From: an uncultured Solirubrobacterales bacterium | GTDB lineage: Bacteria > Actinomycetota > Thermoleophilia > Solirubrobacterales > JBBDJG01 | Assembly (NCBI GenBank): GCA_963785085.1 | Contig: CAWAUD010000007.1 | Location: forward strand, 132,506 to 196,505 | Length of the DNA: 64,000 nt | Reading direction: 5' to 3' | Part shown: piece by piece, positions 9,874-21,247 of the stretch | How positions within the stretch are numbered: the stretch's first letter is position 1 | Layout: every line of letters starts with the position of its first letter | Made by a program: the position numbers and the translations under genes | Notes under the pieces: generated by a model | Database searches by the model: none | Told to the model about the DNA's origin: nothing | What the model saw: the letters and a program-made list of their open reading frames with translations, nothing else

Positions 9874-10639
9874 TGCGCGCCCGGGTCCTGTCCGTCTTGC
9901 TGCTGTGCGTGGCCGTCGCGATGCTCGGCGCCTGCGGCGACGACTCGAACGACAAGCCGACCATCAAGGTCTCGGCCGCCGCATCCCTGAAGGACGCCTT
10001 CGAGGCCTACGCGAAGGACTTCGATGCTGCGAACGTGAGCTACAGCTTCGCCGGCTCCGACGAGCTGGCGGCCCAGATCAAGGCGGGCGCGCGGCCGGAC
10101 GTGTACGCGGCGGCCAACACGAAGCTCCCCGACGAGCTTTACTCGGACGGCCTCGTCGAGAAGCCGGTGCCGTTCGCGACCAACACGCTCGTGATCGCCG
10201 TGCCGGCCGATGCGAAGGACAAGGTCAAGTCGCTCGACGATCTGGCGCAGCCTGGAGTCGACGATCGCCGCCGGCAGCGAGACCGTCCCGGTCGGCTCCT
10301 ACACGCGCAAGGTCCTCGCGAAGCTGCCACCCGCTCAAGAGCAGGCCATCCTGGACAACATCAAGTCGAACGAGCCGGACGTTGCCGGGGTGGTGGGGAA
10401 GGTCTCGCAGGGAGCGGTGGATGCGGGTTCGTCTACATCACCGACGTCAAGGGCGCGAGCGGCAAGCTGAGCTCGGTGTCGATTCCCACCGACCTCCAGC
10501 CGACCGTCGTGTATGCCGCCGCGGTGGTGAAGGACACGAAGCATCACGATCAGGCGCCCAGTTCGTCCAGGGCCTCACGAGCGGCGCCGGAGCGGACGCC
10601 CTGCGCGCCGCGGGCTTCGGGCCACCGCCGAAGAGCTGA
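9873..10639 (+). pseudogene. modA: Molybdate ABC transporter substrate-binding lipoprotein; about 3 frame breaks
   Basis: Lipoprotein signal 'MRARVLSVLLLCVAVAMLGACG', then 'IKVSAAASLKDAFEAYAKDF'. The reading continues as 'VPVGSYTRKVLAKL' (frame 10210), 'GFVYITDVKG' (frame 9528) and 'FVQGLTSGAGADALRAAGFGPPPKS*' (frame 9905). Confidence 0.8.
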
Positions 10640-10658
10640 CGCCGGCCCAGGCGAAGGC

Positions 10659-11416
10659 GTGCTCTTCCGTGCGCTCCTGATCGTCGCCCTGGCCCTCGTG
10701 GTCGGGTTCCTGTTCCTGCCCGTGCTCGCGATCTTCGTGGACGTCGGGCTCGGCGAGCTGATCTCGAGCATCGGCGATCCCGTCGCGGTCGACGCGCTCA
10801 AGCTCAGCCTGCTCACGACCGGCATCGCCCTCGGGATCATCCTGCTGGTCGGGACACCCGCCGCATGGTTCCTCGGCCGGCGCGAGTTCCGGGGACGCGC
10901 GGCGATCCTGACGGTGATCGAGCTGCCGCTGGTCCTGCCTCCGGCCGCAGCGGGGATCGGGCTGCTGGCCGCGCTCGGGCCGTCCGGGATCCTGGGCGAC
11001 GAGCTGAACGCATCGGGATCGTGCTCCCGCTCAGCACGGCGGGCGTGGTGGTCGCGCTCGTCTTCGTCGCGAGCCCCTTCTTCATACGCCAGGCGGAGGC
11101 GGCCTTCCGCGCCCTCGACGAGTCGTTACTGGCGGCGTCCCGCACGCTGGGGGCCTCGGAGGCGCGCACCTTCGCCCGCGTCGCGATTCCGGTCACCCTT
11201 CCCGCGCTCGGCACCGGCGCGGCGCTCGCCTGGGGTCGCGCCCTGGGCGAATTCGGCGCCACCCTGATGTTCGCCGGCTCGTTTCGCGGCGTCACGCAGA
11301 CAGCCCCGCTCGCGATCTACGGGCGGTTCTCGACCGACTTCACCGGCCGCGCTGGCGCTGTCGGCGGTGCTGGTGTGCCTCAGCGCCGCCGTCCTGCTGT
11401 CGGTGAAGCTGGCTGA
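10659..11416 (+). pseudogene. modB: Molybdate ABC transporter permease; at least 2 frame breaks
   Basis: 'LFRALLIVALALVVGFLFLPVLAIF..LKLSLLTTGIALGIILLVGTPAAWFL', then (frame 10865) 'PFFIRQAEAAFRALDESLLAASRTLGASEARTFARVAIP' (EAA loop). Start (GTG 10659) and stop (TGA 11414-11416) are approximate. Confidence 0.7.
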
Positions 11417-11430
11417 CGGCGGAGGTAGGC

Positions 11431-12500
11431 GTGCTCGCGATCCAGGCGCGCATGCCGCTGCGGGAGTTCGCGCTCGACGTCGCGCTCGACGTCGAGGCGG
11501 GCTGCCTCGCGCTGGCCGGTCCCTCGGGCGCGGGCAAGACGACCGTGCTGCGCATCGCGCCGGGCTGATGCGGCCGGCCGCGGGCCACGTGCGTTGCGAC
11601 GGCGAGATCTGGCTCGACGCCGCCGCGGGAATCGACCTGCCGCCAGAGCGGCGCAGCTGCGGCTACGTCTTCCAGGACTACGCCCTGTTCCCTCACATGA
11701 CGGCCTGGCAGAACGTCGCCTACGGACTCGCGGCCGGCCGGCCGGCGAGAGCGGCGCGCCGGGCCGAGGAGCTGCTGGCGCGGTTCGGCGCCGAGTCGCT
11801 CGCCGCGGCGCGGCCGGCGAGAGCTCTCGGGCGGCGAGCGCCAGCGCGTCGCGCTGGCCCGCGCGCTGGCGCCGGCCCCGCGCGCGCTGCTGCTGGACGA
11901 GCCGCTGGCCGCGCTCGACGCGCGCACGCGCGCGGCGGCGCACGCGCGAGCTCGGCACCGTCCTCCGGGAGGCGGAGGTCCCGGCCCTGCTCGTGACCCA
12001 CGACTTCGCCGAGGCGGCGGCGCTGGCCGACGAGGTCGCCGTCATGGACCGCGGCCGGATCGATGCAGCGCGGCGCCGGCCGGAGCCGCTCGACGCGCGC
12101 CCGGCGTCGGCGTTCGTGGCCGAGTTCGCCGGCGCGAGCGTGCTGCCGGCACGGCCCGAGCCGGGGCCGGACGGCCTGACCGCGGTCGGCGCTCGACGGC
12201 GGCGGCGACGGTCGTCAGCACCGACTCGGCCGAGGGCCGCGTGGCGGCGACCGTCTATCCCTGGGAGGTGACGCTCGAGCCGCCGGGCGGCGGCGCCGCG
12301 CCGGCTCGGCGCAGAACCGCCTCGCGGTCGCGGTCACCTCGCTGCCGCGGGTCGGCAACCGGCTGCGGGTCGGCCTCGCCGCGCCCCAGCCGCTGTCCGC
12401 CGAGGTCACCGAGCCCGCGCTGCGCCGCCTCGTACTCGAGCCCGGATCGACGGTGGAGGCCCACTGGAAGGCCACCGCGACCCGGCTGACTCCCCTTTGA
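11431..12500 (+). pseudogene. modC: Molybdate ABC transporter ATP-binding protein with C-terminal TOBE domain; many frame breaks
   Basis: GTG 11431 preceded by GGAGG. Walker A '[14 protein letters not shown]', '[13 protein letters not shown]', signature '[15 protein letters not shown]', Walker B '[11 protein letters not shown]' and TOBE-like '[14 protein letters not shown] ... [17 protein letters not shown]' are spread over three frames. Confidence 0.75.
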
Positions 12501-12536
12501 TTGCGATACTTCAGTGAATGCTTGTAAAGGGGAGAG

Positions 12537-13235
12537 ATGCCCGACACGGCTGCACTGCTGCGTGGCGTTCCGCTATTCAATGAGCTGACAGAGCACGACC
12601 TGGAGCGGATCGCGCGTGTAGCCGTGCCGCGCAGCTATCCGGCCGGAACGGTGATCCTGCGCGAGGGCGACCCCGGGGACACGTGTTACGTCCTGCGCAG
12701 CGGGCGGGCACGCGTAACGCGCCAGCACGCGGACGGGCGCAGCATCACCCTCACGAACCTCGGGCCGGGCGAGATCTTCGGCGAGCTTGCGATGTTCGGC
12801 GGCGAGGTTCGCTCCGCGACGGTCGAAGCCGTGGACGAGGTGCGCGCCGTGGCCCTGCTCGCCGCCGACCTCAAGCGGCTGCTGAGCGAGCACCCCGAGA
12901 TCGCCGTGAAGCTGCTCGGCGCGCTCAGCGGCAGGCTGCGGGAGGCCAACGCCCGCATCTCGCGCCAGTCCTTCCAGAAGGTGTCGAGCCGGGTGGCGGG
13001 GGTCCTTGCGGAGCTGGCGGAGACCGGCGCCCCGCGGGACTCGAACGGCGCCGTGGCCCGATCCGACGACGTCGTCGTGCGATCCACCCAGGCGGACATC
13101 GCGCAGCTGGCCGGCACGTCGCGTGAGGCGGCGAGCCGCTTCCTGGCCACCCTGCAGCGGGCCGGCGTGGTCACGTGCAAACGCGGTCGGGTGATCGTCC
13201 ACGACCCGCCTGCGCTTCATCGCTACATCTACTAG
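12537..13235 (+). CDS. Crp/Fnr-family transcriptional regulator (cNMP-binding plus HTH)
   Basis: 'LRGVPLFNELTEHDLERIA..YPAGTVILREGDPGDTCYVLRSGRARV..GEIFGELAMF' cNMP domain. C-terminal HTH 'STQADIAQLAGTSREAASRFLATLQRAGVV'. Confidence 0.87.
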   Translation: MPDTAALLRGVPLFNELTEHDLERIARVAVPRSYPAGTVILREGDPGDTCYVLRSGRARVTRQHADGRSITLTNLGPGEIFGELAMFGGEVRSATVEAVDEVRAVALLAADLKRLLSEHPEIAVKLLGALSGRLREANARISRQSFQKVSSRVAGVLAELAETGAPRDSNGAVARSDDVVVRSTQADIAQLAGTSREAASRFLATLQRAGVVTCKRGRVIVHDPPALHRYIY

Positions 13236-13297
13236 CCTGGGGCCGGCGCCCCGCTCTAATATGCCGCCGGGCACCCCGCCCCGCCTCCTCCAACTAC

Positions 13298-13696
13298 GTG
13301 TACGTCCTCAACTTCTACTCGCCGGTCTTCGTGGACCAGCTCAAGCGCGGCCGCAAGACCGCGACGATCAGGCTGGGCGACAAGAGCGGGAAGTACCGCC
13401 GCGGCCAGCTGGTCTGGGTGACGGTCGGATACAGCCACGAGCCGCGCGAGAAGGTCTTCACCGCCGTCATCGACGACGTCGAGGTGAAGCGCGTGCGAGA
13501 GCTCTCGCCCCGCGACATCGAGCACGACAACCCGGAATTCCGCCGTGTGGAGGACACCGTCCACTTCCTGGGCCAGATCTACGGCCGTGAGGTGCAGCAC
13601 GAGGACCTCGTCACCGTGATCCGCTTCTCGCAGGTGATCGAGAGCACGCAGCACCATGGGCCGCCCGGCAACGGGCAGAGCCCGCGCCGACCCTAG
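13298..13696 (+). CDS. ASCH (PUA-like) domain protein
   Basis: Tail of ORF 13175..13696. 'YVLNFYSPVFVDQLKRGRKTATIRLGD' is a typical ASCH N-terminus. Start set at in-frame GTG 13298. Confidence 0.55.
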   Translation: MYVLNFYSPVFVDQLKRGRKTATIRLGDKSGKYRRGQLVWVTVGYSHEPREKVFTAVIDDVEVKRVRELSPRDIEHDNPEFRRVEDTVHFLGQIYGREVQHEDLVTVIRFSQVIESTQHHGPPGNGQSPRRP

Positions 13697-13723
13697 GCGG
13701 CAGACCGCAGACGGCAGACCGCA
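13696..13723 (+). repeat. Heptamer array GGCGGCA GACCGCA GACGGCA GACCGCA, starting on the last base of the ASCH stop codon
   Basis: Read directly from the sequence. Member of the (GNCGGCA)n family listed in the findings. Confidence 0.9.
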
Positions 13724-13757
13724 AAAACCCCGTCACCTCGGAGCACCCCTCTCAGTT

Positions 13758-13784
13758 TTGGCACTCTTGTTGCTAGAGTGCCAG
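13758..13784 (+). promoter_or_regulatory. CIRCE operator (HrcA binding site) upstream of groES
   Basis: TTGGCACTC-N9-GAGTGCCAG versus consensus TTAGCACTC-N9-GAGTGCTAA. It lies 93 nt upstream of the groES ATG. Confidence 0.8.
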
Positions 13785-13876
13785 GCGTAGGGCTGCGCCC
13801 CCGCATGCAGGGACTTGCCTCCTCGGGGACGCGCCCTAAGAACCCTTACGGAAGCTTCGTTTTCAGGAGGTAGCGC

Positions 13877-14170
13877 ATGAATCTCAAGCCTCTCGGCGAC
13901 CGGCTGCTGGTCAGACCGGTTGAAGAGGAGGAAACGACCGCGAGCGGCATCGTCCTGCCGGACACCGCCAAGGAAAAGCCCCAGAAGGGCAAGGTCCTCG
14001 CAGTCGGCGACGGCAAGTACGACGAGGACGGCGACAAGCGGATCCCGCTGGACGTGGCCGAGGGCGACGAGGTCCTCTACAGCAAGTACGGCGGCACAGA
14101 GATAGTCGTGGACGGCGAGGACCTGCTGGTCCTGCGCGAGTCCGACGTGCTGGCCAAGGTCCTCGCCTAG
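13877..14170 (+). CDS. groES: Co-chaperonin GroES
   Basis: '[42 protein letters not shown]'. AGGAGG RBS 7 nt upstream. Confidence 0.96.
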   Translation: MNLKPLGDRLLVRPVEEEETTASGIVLPDTAKEKPQKGKVLAVGDGKYDEDGDKRIPLDVAEGDEVLYSKYGGTEIVVDGEDLLVLRESDVLAKVLA

Positions 14171-14205
14171 CCCGCCCCATATTCGTGAAGCAAGGAGAAC
14201 TCTGA

Positions 14206-15825
<1,620 letters not shown>

Positions 15826-15881
15826 GTCGGCAGTCGGCATGGCAGTCGGCAGTCGGCAGACTCGGCAGACCGCAGACGGCA
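15826..15881 (+). repeat. Heptamer array (GTCGGCA)2 T GGCA (GTCGGCA)2 GACTCGGCA GACCGCA GACGGCA, starting immediately after the groEL TAA
   Basis: Read directly from the sequence. Longest intergenic member of the family. Confidence 0.92.
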
Positions 15882-15889
15882 GATTCGAG

Positions 15890-15909
15890 GGCCCGGCATA
15901 CGCCGGGCC
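15890..15909 (+). terminator. Probable groESL terminator hairpin
   Basis: GGCCCGGC-ATAC-GCCGGGCC (8-bp GC stem) followed by TTCGTCGTTCT. Confidence 0.5.
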
Positions 15910-15986
15910 TTCGTCGTTCTGGGAGGATCCCCGCCGTGCGGCCGGGACTCAAGGCACAGAATCCGATCGAGCGGGTTGCTATTGGA

Positions 15987-17000
15987 ATGAACCTCGCGCC
16001 GGTTCCGGCCGGGGAGGCGCTGTTCGAGCCGGCGGCTGCGCGGATCCTCGTCGCCGGCGTGCGGCTCGGAGTCTTCGAGCGGCTGGCCGGTCGCAGCGCA
16101 AGCGTCGCGGAGCTCGCGGCCGAGCTCGGCACCGAGACGCGCGCCACCGCGCTGCTGGTCGACGCGCTTGCCGGGCTCGACTACCTGACCGCTTCGAACG
16201 GCGGCTTCACGCTCACCAAGCGTGCGCGGAAGTGGCTCGACCCGGCGTCCGAGACCTACATCGGGACGTACATCGACAACACGGGCGACTACGGAGACTG
16301 GTGGATGCAGCTCGAGGAGGTCATCCGCACCGGCCACGGCGTCGAGATCCACGAGTTCCCGCCCGACCACCCGCACTGGGGCCGCTACATCCGCGGCCAG
16401 TTCGAGCTGGCGCGTCTGTCGGCCGGCGAGGTCGCGAGCAAGCTGCGGATTCCGCCGCAGCCGAAGTCGCTGCTCGACATCGCCGGCGGCCACGGCTGGT
16501 ATGCCGCGGCGCTCTGCGAGAAGCACCCGGGCCTCCGTGCGCGGGTGCTGGACCTCGAGCCGAGCGCGCGCGTCGGGCGCGAGATCATCGCCGAGCACGG
16601 GCTGAGCGATCGTGTCGAGCACGAGGTCGGCGACCTGTTCACCTCGGACCTCGGCGGACCGCACGACGTCGTGCTGACCTTCAACATCGTCCACCACCTC
16701 GACGGCGAGCAGATCGCCGATCTGGCCCGGAGGATCCACGCGTCGCTACGCCCCGGCGGCACCTGGGCGGTGCTGGACTACTTCAAGCCCGAGGGCGGCC
16801 GCGGCTCGGGCGCCCACGCGCTGCTCGGCCTGTTCTTCTTCCTGACGTCCTCCGCGGCGACCTACCGCGAGAGCGAGATCCGCGGGTGGATGACCGGCGC
16901 CGGCTTTGCCTCGACCCGGCGCGTGCCGATCAGGCGCCTGCCGGACTTCCAGCTCTGGAGGCGGGCGGAGCGCGAGGCAGCGGGAAGCCGCCTGAGTTAG
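15987..17000 (+). CDS. SAM-dependent O-methyltransferase (class I, with N-terminal dimerisation/wHTH domain)
   Basis: Part of ORF 15756..17000. 'ARILVAGVRLGVFERLAG..ASVAELAAELG', SAM motif 'SLLDIAGGHGWYAAAL', 'DVVLTFNIVHHL'. Start at ATG 15987. Confidence 0.75.
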   Translation: MNLAPVPAGEALFEPAAARILVAGVRLGVFERLAGRSASVAELAAELGTETRATALLVDALAGLDYLTASNGGFTLTKRARKWLDPASETYIGTYIDNTGDYGDWWMQLEEVIRTGHGVEIHEFPPDHPHWGRYIRGQFELARLSAGEVASKLRIPPQPKSLLDIAGGHGWYAAALCEKHPGLRARVLDLEPSARVGREIIAEHGLSDRVEHEVGDLFTSDLGGPHDVVLTFNIVHHLDGEQIADLARRIHASLRPGGTWAVLDYFKPEGGRGSGAHALLGLFFFLTSSAATYRESEIRGWMTGAGFASTRRVPIRRLPDFQLWRRAEREAAGSRLS

Positions 17001-17813
17001 CTACTCGCCGATGGCTTTGCGGTAGGCACTCGCCATCGGGCCGAGCACCAGTGCGCGGGGCGCATGCTGACCGAGCGACGCCATCAGCCGGTTGCTGACA
17101 CCGGGGATCACGATCCGGTGACCTTTGTCGGCGGCCTCGATCGCAGCCTTTGCGACCTGCTCCGGTGTGGACCAGGACACGTACGAGGGCATGTCGTCCT
17201 CGCCTTTCTTGAAGCCGCCGGTCTCGACGAACTCTGTCGCAACGGGTCCGGGGCAGAGCGCCGTCGCGGTCACGCCTGTCCCCTTCAGCTCCGTGGAGAT
17301 GCCCTCGGTGAAGCTGCGCACGAACGCCTTCGTCGCCGCGTAGACGGTCTGGACCGGGATCGGCTGGAATGCCGCCACCGAGGCGACGTTGATGACCGCG
17401 CCCTCTCCGCGATCGACCATGCCGGGCAGGAACTTGGTCGTCAGGGCGAGCAGTGCCTCGACGTTGACCCGGACCATGCCCAGCTGGTCGTCGGGGTTCT
17501 GGTGCACGTCGCCGACCGTCGTGAAGCCGGCGTTGTTCACGAGGATCGCGACTTCGAGGCCCCGTTCCGCGACGACTCCCGGAAGCGCCTCCCAGGCTGC
17601 CGAGTCGGACAGGTCGCCGGCCCAGACCTCGGCTCGCACGCCGTGGTTTCGCTCGATCTCCGCGGCCAGCTCACGCAGGCGGTCCTCGCGCCGCGCGACC
17701 AGGAACACGCCGTGCCCGCGGGCAGCCAGCTGGCGCGCGAACTCGGCGCCGATGCCGCTCGAGGCTCCAGTGACGAGGGCTGTTCTGTCCGGGCTCGGAC
17801 TGGGCAGGGCCAT
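17001..17813 (-). CDS. Short-chain dehydrogenase/reductase (SDR)
   Basis: Last 270 codons of ORF 17001..19028. 'TALVTGASSGIGAEFARQLAARG', 'NNAG', 'YAATKAFVRSF'. Start is ATG at 17813. Confidence 0.87.
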   Translation of the reverse strand: MALPSPSPDRTALVTGASSGIGAEFARQLAARGHGVFLVARREDRLRELAAEIERNHGVRAEVWAGDLSDSAAWEALPGVVAERGLEVAILVNNAGFTTVGDVHQNPDDQLGMVRVNVEALLALTTKFLPGMVDRGEGAVINVASVAAFQPIPVQTVYAATKAFVRSFTEGISTELKGTGVTATALCPGPVATEFVETGGFKKGEDDMPSYVSWSTPEQVAKAAIEAADKGHRIVIPGVSNRLMASLGQHAPRALVLGPMASAYRKAIGE

Positions 17814-17852
17814 GCGCCGACCAACCCTATCGCCGTCCCTACAATTGACGCA

Positions 17853-18131
17853 ATGGACGACGATCCCAATCCCTTCGGTGGCATGTTCGGCGACCCGGAC
17901 GACCTCCAGCGCAGGCTGGGCGAGTTCGCGGAGCAGATGCAGGGCGCACAGCGCGTGGCCTGGGCGGACAACGCGATCAAGCTCGCGGTCGACATGACCG
18001 TCGCGGCGATCCACTCGCTCGAGCTGTCGGGCCCGGCGGACCAGCAGTCCCAGCAGGTCCGCGACGCGATCCGGATGATCTTCCCCGAGGCCGTGACGCT
18101 CGTGCGCGAGGCCCGCGAGGGTCTTGCTTAA
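17853..18131 (+). CDS. Hypothetical small protein (92 aa)
   Basis: In-frame tail of ORF 17064..18131 beginning 'MDDDPNPFGGMFGDPDDLQRRLGEF'. Divergent from the SDR gene, high GC3, no family recognised. Confidence 0.4.
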   Translation: MDDDPNPFGGMFGDPDDLQRRLGEFAEQMQGAQRVAWADNAIKLAVDMTVAAIHSLELSGPADQQSQQVRDAIRMIFPEAVTLVREAREGLA

Positions 18132-19144
18132 GCCGGTCCTCCCGCCTCCGCCTCTTTCTCCTCCCTCCCCATCCGCACGATCTTGCGGAAGTCCGCCGTG
18201 CCTGCCATCAGGATCAGCGCGACGACTGCCGCGGCCGCGTTGAACGCGGCGATCGCGATCTGCTGGCCGACGCTGTAGGCGAGGACCGTCGCCTTCGGCG
18301 CGACGCCGCGGAAGACGTAGACCAGGAGCGCCTGCTGCGCGCCCGCTCCGCCGGGCGTGAACGGCGTCAGTGTCGATAGCGCCTGCACGCTCATCACCAG
18401 CAGGGCGTTCTCGGCCGAGCCGCCGACGTTGAACGCCTCGAGGAAGAAGTAGAAGGCGAAGAACCGCATCACCCATGCCACCGCCTGGACGGAGGCGACC
18501 TCGCGCAGGTACCGCCGCCGGTCCGTCAGGATCACGACGCCCTGGCGCACACGCTGCCAGAAGACGACCGCCCGGACCGACAGGAGCGCGAACAGCACCA
18601 GCAGGCCGATGGTCAGCGCCGTCAGCGTCCACAGCGCGAACTGCGGATTGTCCGCCCAGAACGCGAGGTCGAAGGCCGGAAGGTTCGGAAGCTGCGGAAG
18701 ACTCGGAAGCACGCCGCGGCTGATCGCGAACAGCATCACGAACGACCCCACAGCTATGTCGAAGATCGACTCGACGAAGAACGAGGAAGTGACGGTCGCG
18801 TAGCGGGAGTTCGGTATCCCCGACTTCGCCAGATAGACCTTCACGACGTCGCCGCCGCGTACCGGCACCACGCTGTTGACTCCCACTCCGGCGACGTAGG
18901 CGCCGAGGATCCAGCGCCAGGCGAAGCGGTCGTCCGGATAGGCGGCGCGCAGCGTGTTGAACCACGCCCGGCTGCGCAGCGCGATGTTGCCGAAGTGGAA
19001 CAGCAACGCCAGCGCGAGGGTGCCCCACTGAACCGCCGCGAGGCTCGAGAAGAAGGCGTCCACCCCGTCGAGAAACGCGACGAGGCTGCGGCCGAGGTCG
19101 GCGGCGACCAGCGGCAGCTGTGCCGTAGCCAGCGAAGGGGGCAT
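18128..19144 (-). CDS. Lysylphosphatidylglycerol-synthase-TM-region / UPF0104 family integral membrane protein
   Basis: 338 aa with about 8 hydrophobic segments. 'VVPVRGGDVVKVYLA' and 'LTPFTPGGAGAQQALLVYV' resemble the flippase-like family. Start at ATG 19144. Confidence 0.65.
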   Translation of the reverse strand: MPPSLATAQLPLVAADLGRSLVAFLDGVDAFFSSLAAVQWGTLALALLFHFGNIALRSRAWFNTLRAAYPDDRFAWRWILGAYVAGVGVNSVVPVRGGDVVKVYLAKSGIPNSRYATVTSSFFVESIFDIAVGSFVMLFAISRGVLPSLPQLPNLPAFDLAFWADNPQFALWTLTALTIGLLVLFALLSVRAVVFWQRVRQGVVILTDRRRYLREVASVQAVAWVMRFFAFYFFLEAFNVGGSAENALLVMSVQALSTLTPFTPGGAGAQQALLVYVFRGVAPKATVLAYSVGQQIAIAAFNAAAAVVALILMAGTADFRKIVRMGREEKEAEAGGPA

Positions 19145-19189
19145 GGCGTCTAAGCTACCCACCCGCGATCGCAGGAGGTGCCGATCCAC

Positions 19190-19483
19190 ATGAAGCTCTA
19201 CGTCTGCTGGGGAACGTTTCGCTCGCCGCGTCCCGGCGGGCATCCATGCGGCAACGCCTACCGGGCGCTACAAGCCGCCGGCTACGAGCCCGAGGTCGAG
19301 AAGGTCTACGGCCTTGGATTGCTGCCCGATGCCCTCAACCCGTCCGGGCGCAAGAAGCTCAAGGAGATGACCGGCAGCTCCTGGGCGCCGGTGCTCGAGA
19401 CCGAGGAGGGCGAGGTGGTCGCAGGATCGAAGGAGATCGCCGCCTGGGCGCAAGCGCACCCGGCGACCGCCGCGACGGCCTAG
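19190..19483 (+). CDS. Glutaredoxin/thioredoxin-fold small protein
   Basis: 'MKLYVCWGTFRSPRPGGHPCGNAYRALQAAGYEPEVEKV...PVLETEEGEVVAGSKEI' resembles a glutaredoxin-like fold. Start at ATG 19190. Confidence 0.5.
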   Translation: MKLYVCWGTFRSPRPGGHPCGNAYRALQAAGYEPEVEKVYGLGLLPDALNPSGRKKLKEMTGSSWAPVLETEEGEVVAGSKEIAAWAQAHPATAATA

Positions 19484-19500
19484 ACAGCGCTGCCGGAGCT

Positions 19501-19529
19501 AGGAGGGGCCGCCCGGAGGCGGCCCTCCT
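19501..19529. terminator. Bidirectional terminator hairpin between convergent genes
   Basis: AGGAGGGGCCGCC-CGGA-GGCGGCCCTCCT (12-13 bp stem, one bulge). Confidence 0.5.
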
Positions 19530-19542
19530 AGAGCAGTAGCGG

Positions 19543-20154
19543 TCAGTTGAAGATGATGAAGAAGCGGTTGTTGACCAGGGAACCTGTGTTGTCGAAGACG
19601 AAGACACCCGCATCCTGGTAGCCGGCCGGACACACCGCCGTGATGGTCGCGGTCACCGCAGGCTGTGCAACGACGCTGTTCGACGCACCAACGAAGCGCT
19701 CAGCTGAAGCCACCATGTTGTGGGGCGTGAAGCCGAGCTTGAAGCAGTAGCGTCCAGGCGGCGTCGTCATCGTCGAATCGATCACGCCCTTGGAGTTCGC
19801 CGTGTCGAGCGTTCCGTCGTCGTTCACCTTGGCGTACGCGAGCGGCGGCGCCGACTCTCCCTTGCGCGCCAGAGCGGACGAATCCACTCCGTCGACCGTA
19901 TCCGCATTTCCGGCCGTGTCAGCCTTCGACGCCGACGGCACCTTGCCGAGCTTGGACTCCTTCACCTGTGTTCCGGTGATGGTGTTGTTCTTGAGCTTGC
20001 TGCCGGTGATGCTCTTGCTCTTGAGGTTCTTGCCGTTGATCTTCTTGGCGATCGACGCTGCCTGATCGGCGAGCGCCGGCCCTGTGAAGGCCATCACCAA
20101 AGCCGTCATCGCGACGATCATCGAAGCGGACGGCCGTCTAAAGCGCTTCCTCAT
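19543..20154 (-). CDS. Secreted hypothetical protein with Lys-rich 'ITG' repeats
   Basis: Last 203 codons of ORF 19543..20523. Signal peptide 'MRKRFRRPSASMIVAMTALVMAFTGPALA', then 'NGKNLKSKSITGSKLKNNTITGTQVKESKL'. Visibly lower GC than its neighbours. Confidence 0.55.
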   Translation of the reverse strand: MRKRFRRPSASMIVAMTALVMAFTGPALADQAASIAKKINGKNLKSKSITGSKLKNNTITGTQVKESKLGKVPSASKADTAGNADTVDGVDSSALARKGESAPPLAYAKVNDDGTLDTANSKGVIDSTMTTPPGRYCFKLGFTPHNMVASAERFVGASNSVVAQPAVTATITAVCPAGYQDAGVFVFDNTGSLVNNRFFIIFN

Positions 20155-20263
20155 CCTGCACGTACCTCCTGTTGTTGGACAGCCAAGGCTGCCGACGCTG
20201 GCGGACGTCTCGGCCGAGGATGACGGCCGCGGGCCCGGCTGGAGGCGGCGCTGGACGGAGGTA

Positions 20264-21223
20264 CTACTGCGGCGCGGGAGCCGCCACCTTCGAGACCACG
20301 GCCAGCACCTCGTCGGCCAGCCGGGCGCCGTCCTCGTCGAGGATCGGGGCGGCGGTGATGCGGACGATGGCGCCGTCGGAGTAGATCTCCTCCAGCGATA
20401 TGTCGGGCTGGTCGCGCATCGGCGTCTGGATTTGGGAGAGCATCTGCTGGAGGTCGCCTGGCCGCACGCCCTCGCGCAGCCGCGCGCGGAGGTTGACCCC
20501 GGCCGGATCGCGCAGCGGAACAATCGTCGCGGCGATCACCGCGTTGTTGGGCACCAGCAGGGTTCCCTCGCCGCGCGCGACGATCGTGTAGATCAGGCCG
20601 AGGCTGGCGATCGTTCCCTCGACCTCCTTGCCGAGCGCCCCACCCTGAAGGCGCACGCGATCGCCGGCTCGGAACGGGCGCGACGCGAGCAGCACCAGGC
20701 CCGCGATCACGTTCCCGATCGTGCTCTGGGCCGCGAGTCCCAGGACGATGGCGGTCACCGCGCCGCCGACCGCGATCGCACGCGGATCGAGGTCGACGAT
20801 CCGCAGGGCGACGACGATCACGACGACCAGGGCGAGCAGCTGGACGAGGAAGCTGATCGTCGTAGCGGTGCCCGGGTCGAAGCGCTCCAGCAGGCGGGGA
20901 CCCATCGCCCTGCCGATGTCGCGTGCCAAGCGCCATCCGATCGCCGCCAGCAGGATCGCGGCGGCGATCCTGATCGGGACGTCGGTGCCGAACAGGTCCT
21001 CGCGGTACTGCCAGAGCAGGATCAGCGCGATCGCCAGCGGGATCAGCACCATCGCCTCGCGGCGGGCCTTCCGCGCCCGCCGTGCCGCCTCGATCGTCAC
21101 CAGCCGGCCGAGCGCGGTCTGCCGGTAGTACGAGATGTCCGTGAAGCGGGTGGGGTCGCCCTCGCGAACGTCGGCGGCGTCGCGCTCGGGCGGCAGCTCC
21201 TGAGTGTCGGGTGCTTCGTTCAC
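20264..21223 (-). CDS. Small-conductance mechanosensitive channel (MscS family)
   Basis: 'LGLAAQSTIGNVIAGLVLLASRPFRAGDRVRL..G.VEGTIASLGLIYT' is the MscS pore-helix/beta-domain signature. Confidence 0.85.
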   Translation of the reverse strand: MNEAPDTQELPPERDAADVREGDPTRFTDISYYRQTALGRLVTIEAARRARKARREAMVLIPLAIALILLWQYREDLFGTDVPIRIAAAILLAAIGWRLARDIGRAMGPRLLERFDPGTATTISFLVQLLALVVVIVVALRIVDLDPRAIAVGGAVTAIVLGLAAQSTIGNVIAGLVLLASRPFRAGDRVRLQGGALGKEVEGTIASLGLIYTIVARGEGTLLVPNNAVIAATIVPLRDPAGVNLRARLREGVRPGDLQQMLSQIQTPMRDQPDISLEEIYSDGAIVRITAAPILDEDGARLADEVLAVVSKVAAPAPQ

Positions 21224-21247
21224 GGCGCGCGGAGCGCCGTCAGTGTT

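Noticed and set aside
17001-19028. 675-aa minus-strand ORF
   Set aside because: Only the last 270 codons (the SDR from ATG 17813) are supported. The upstream part is a different frame lying over the membrane-protein gene 18128..19144, which is on the same strand, and the small plus-strand gene.
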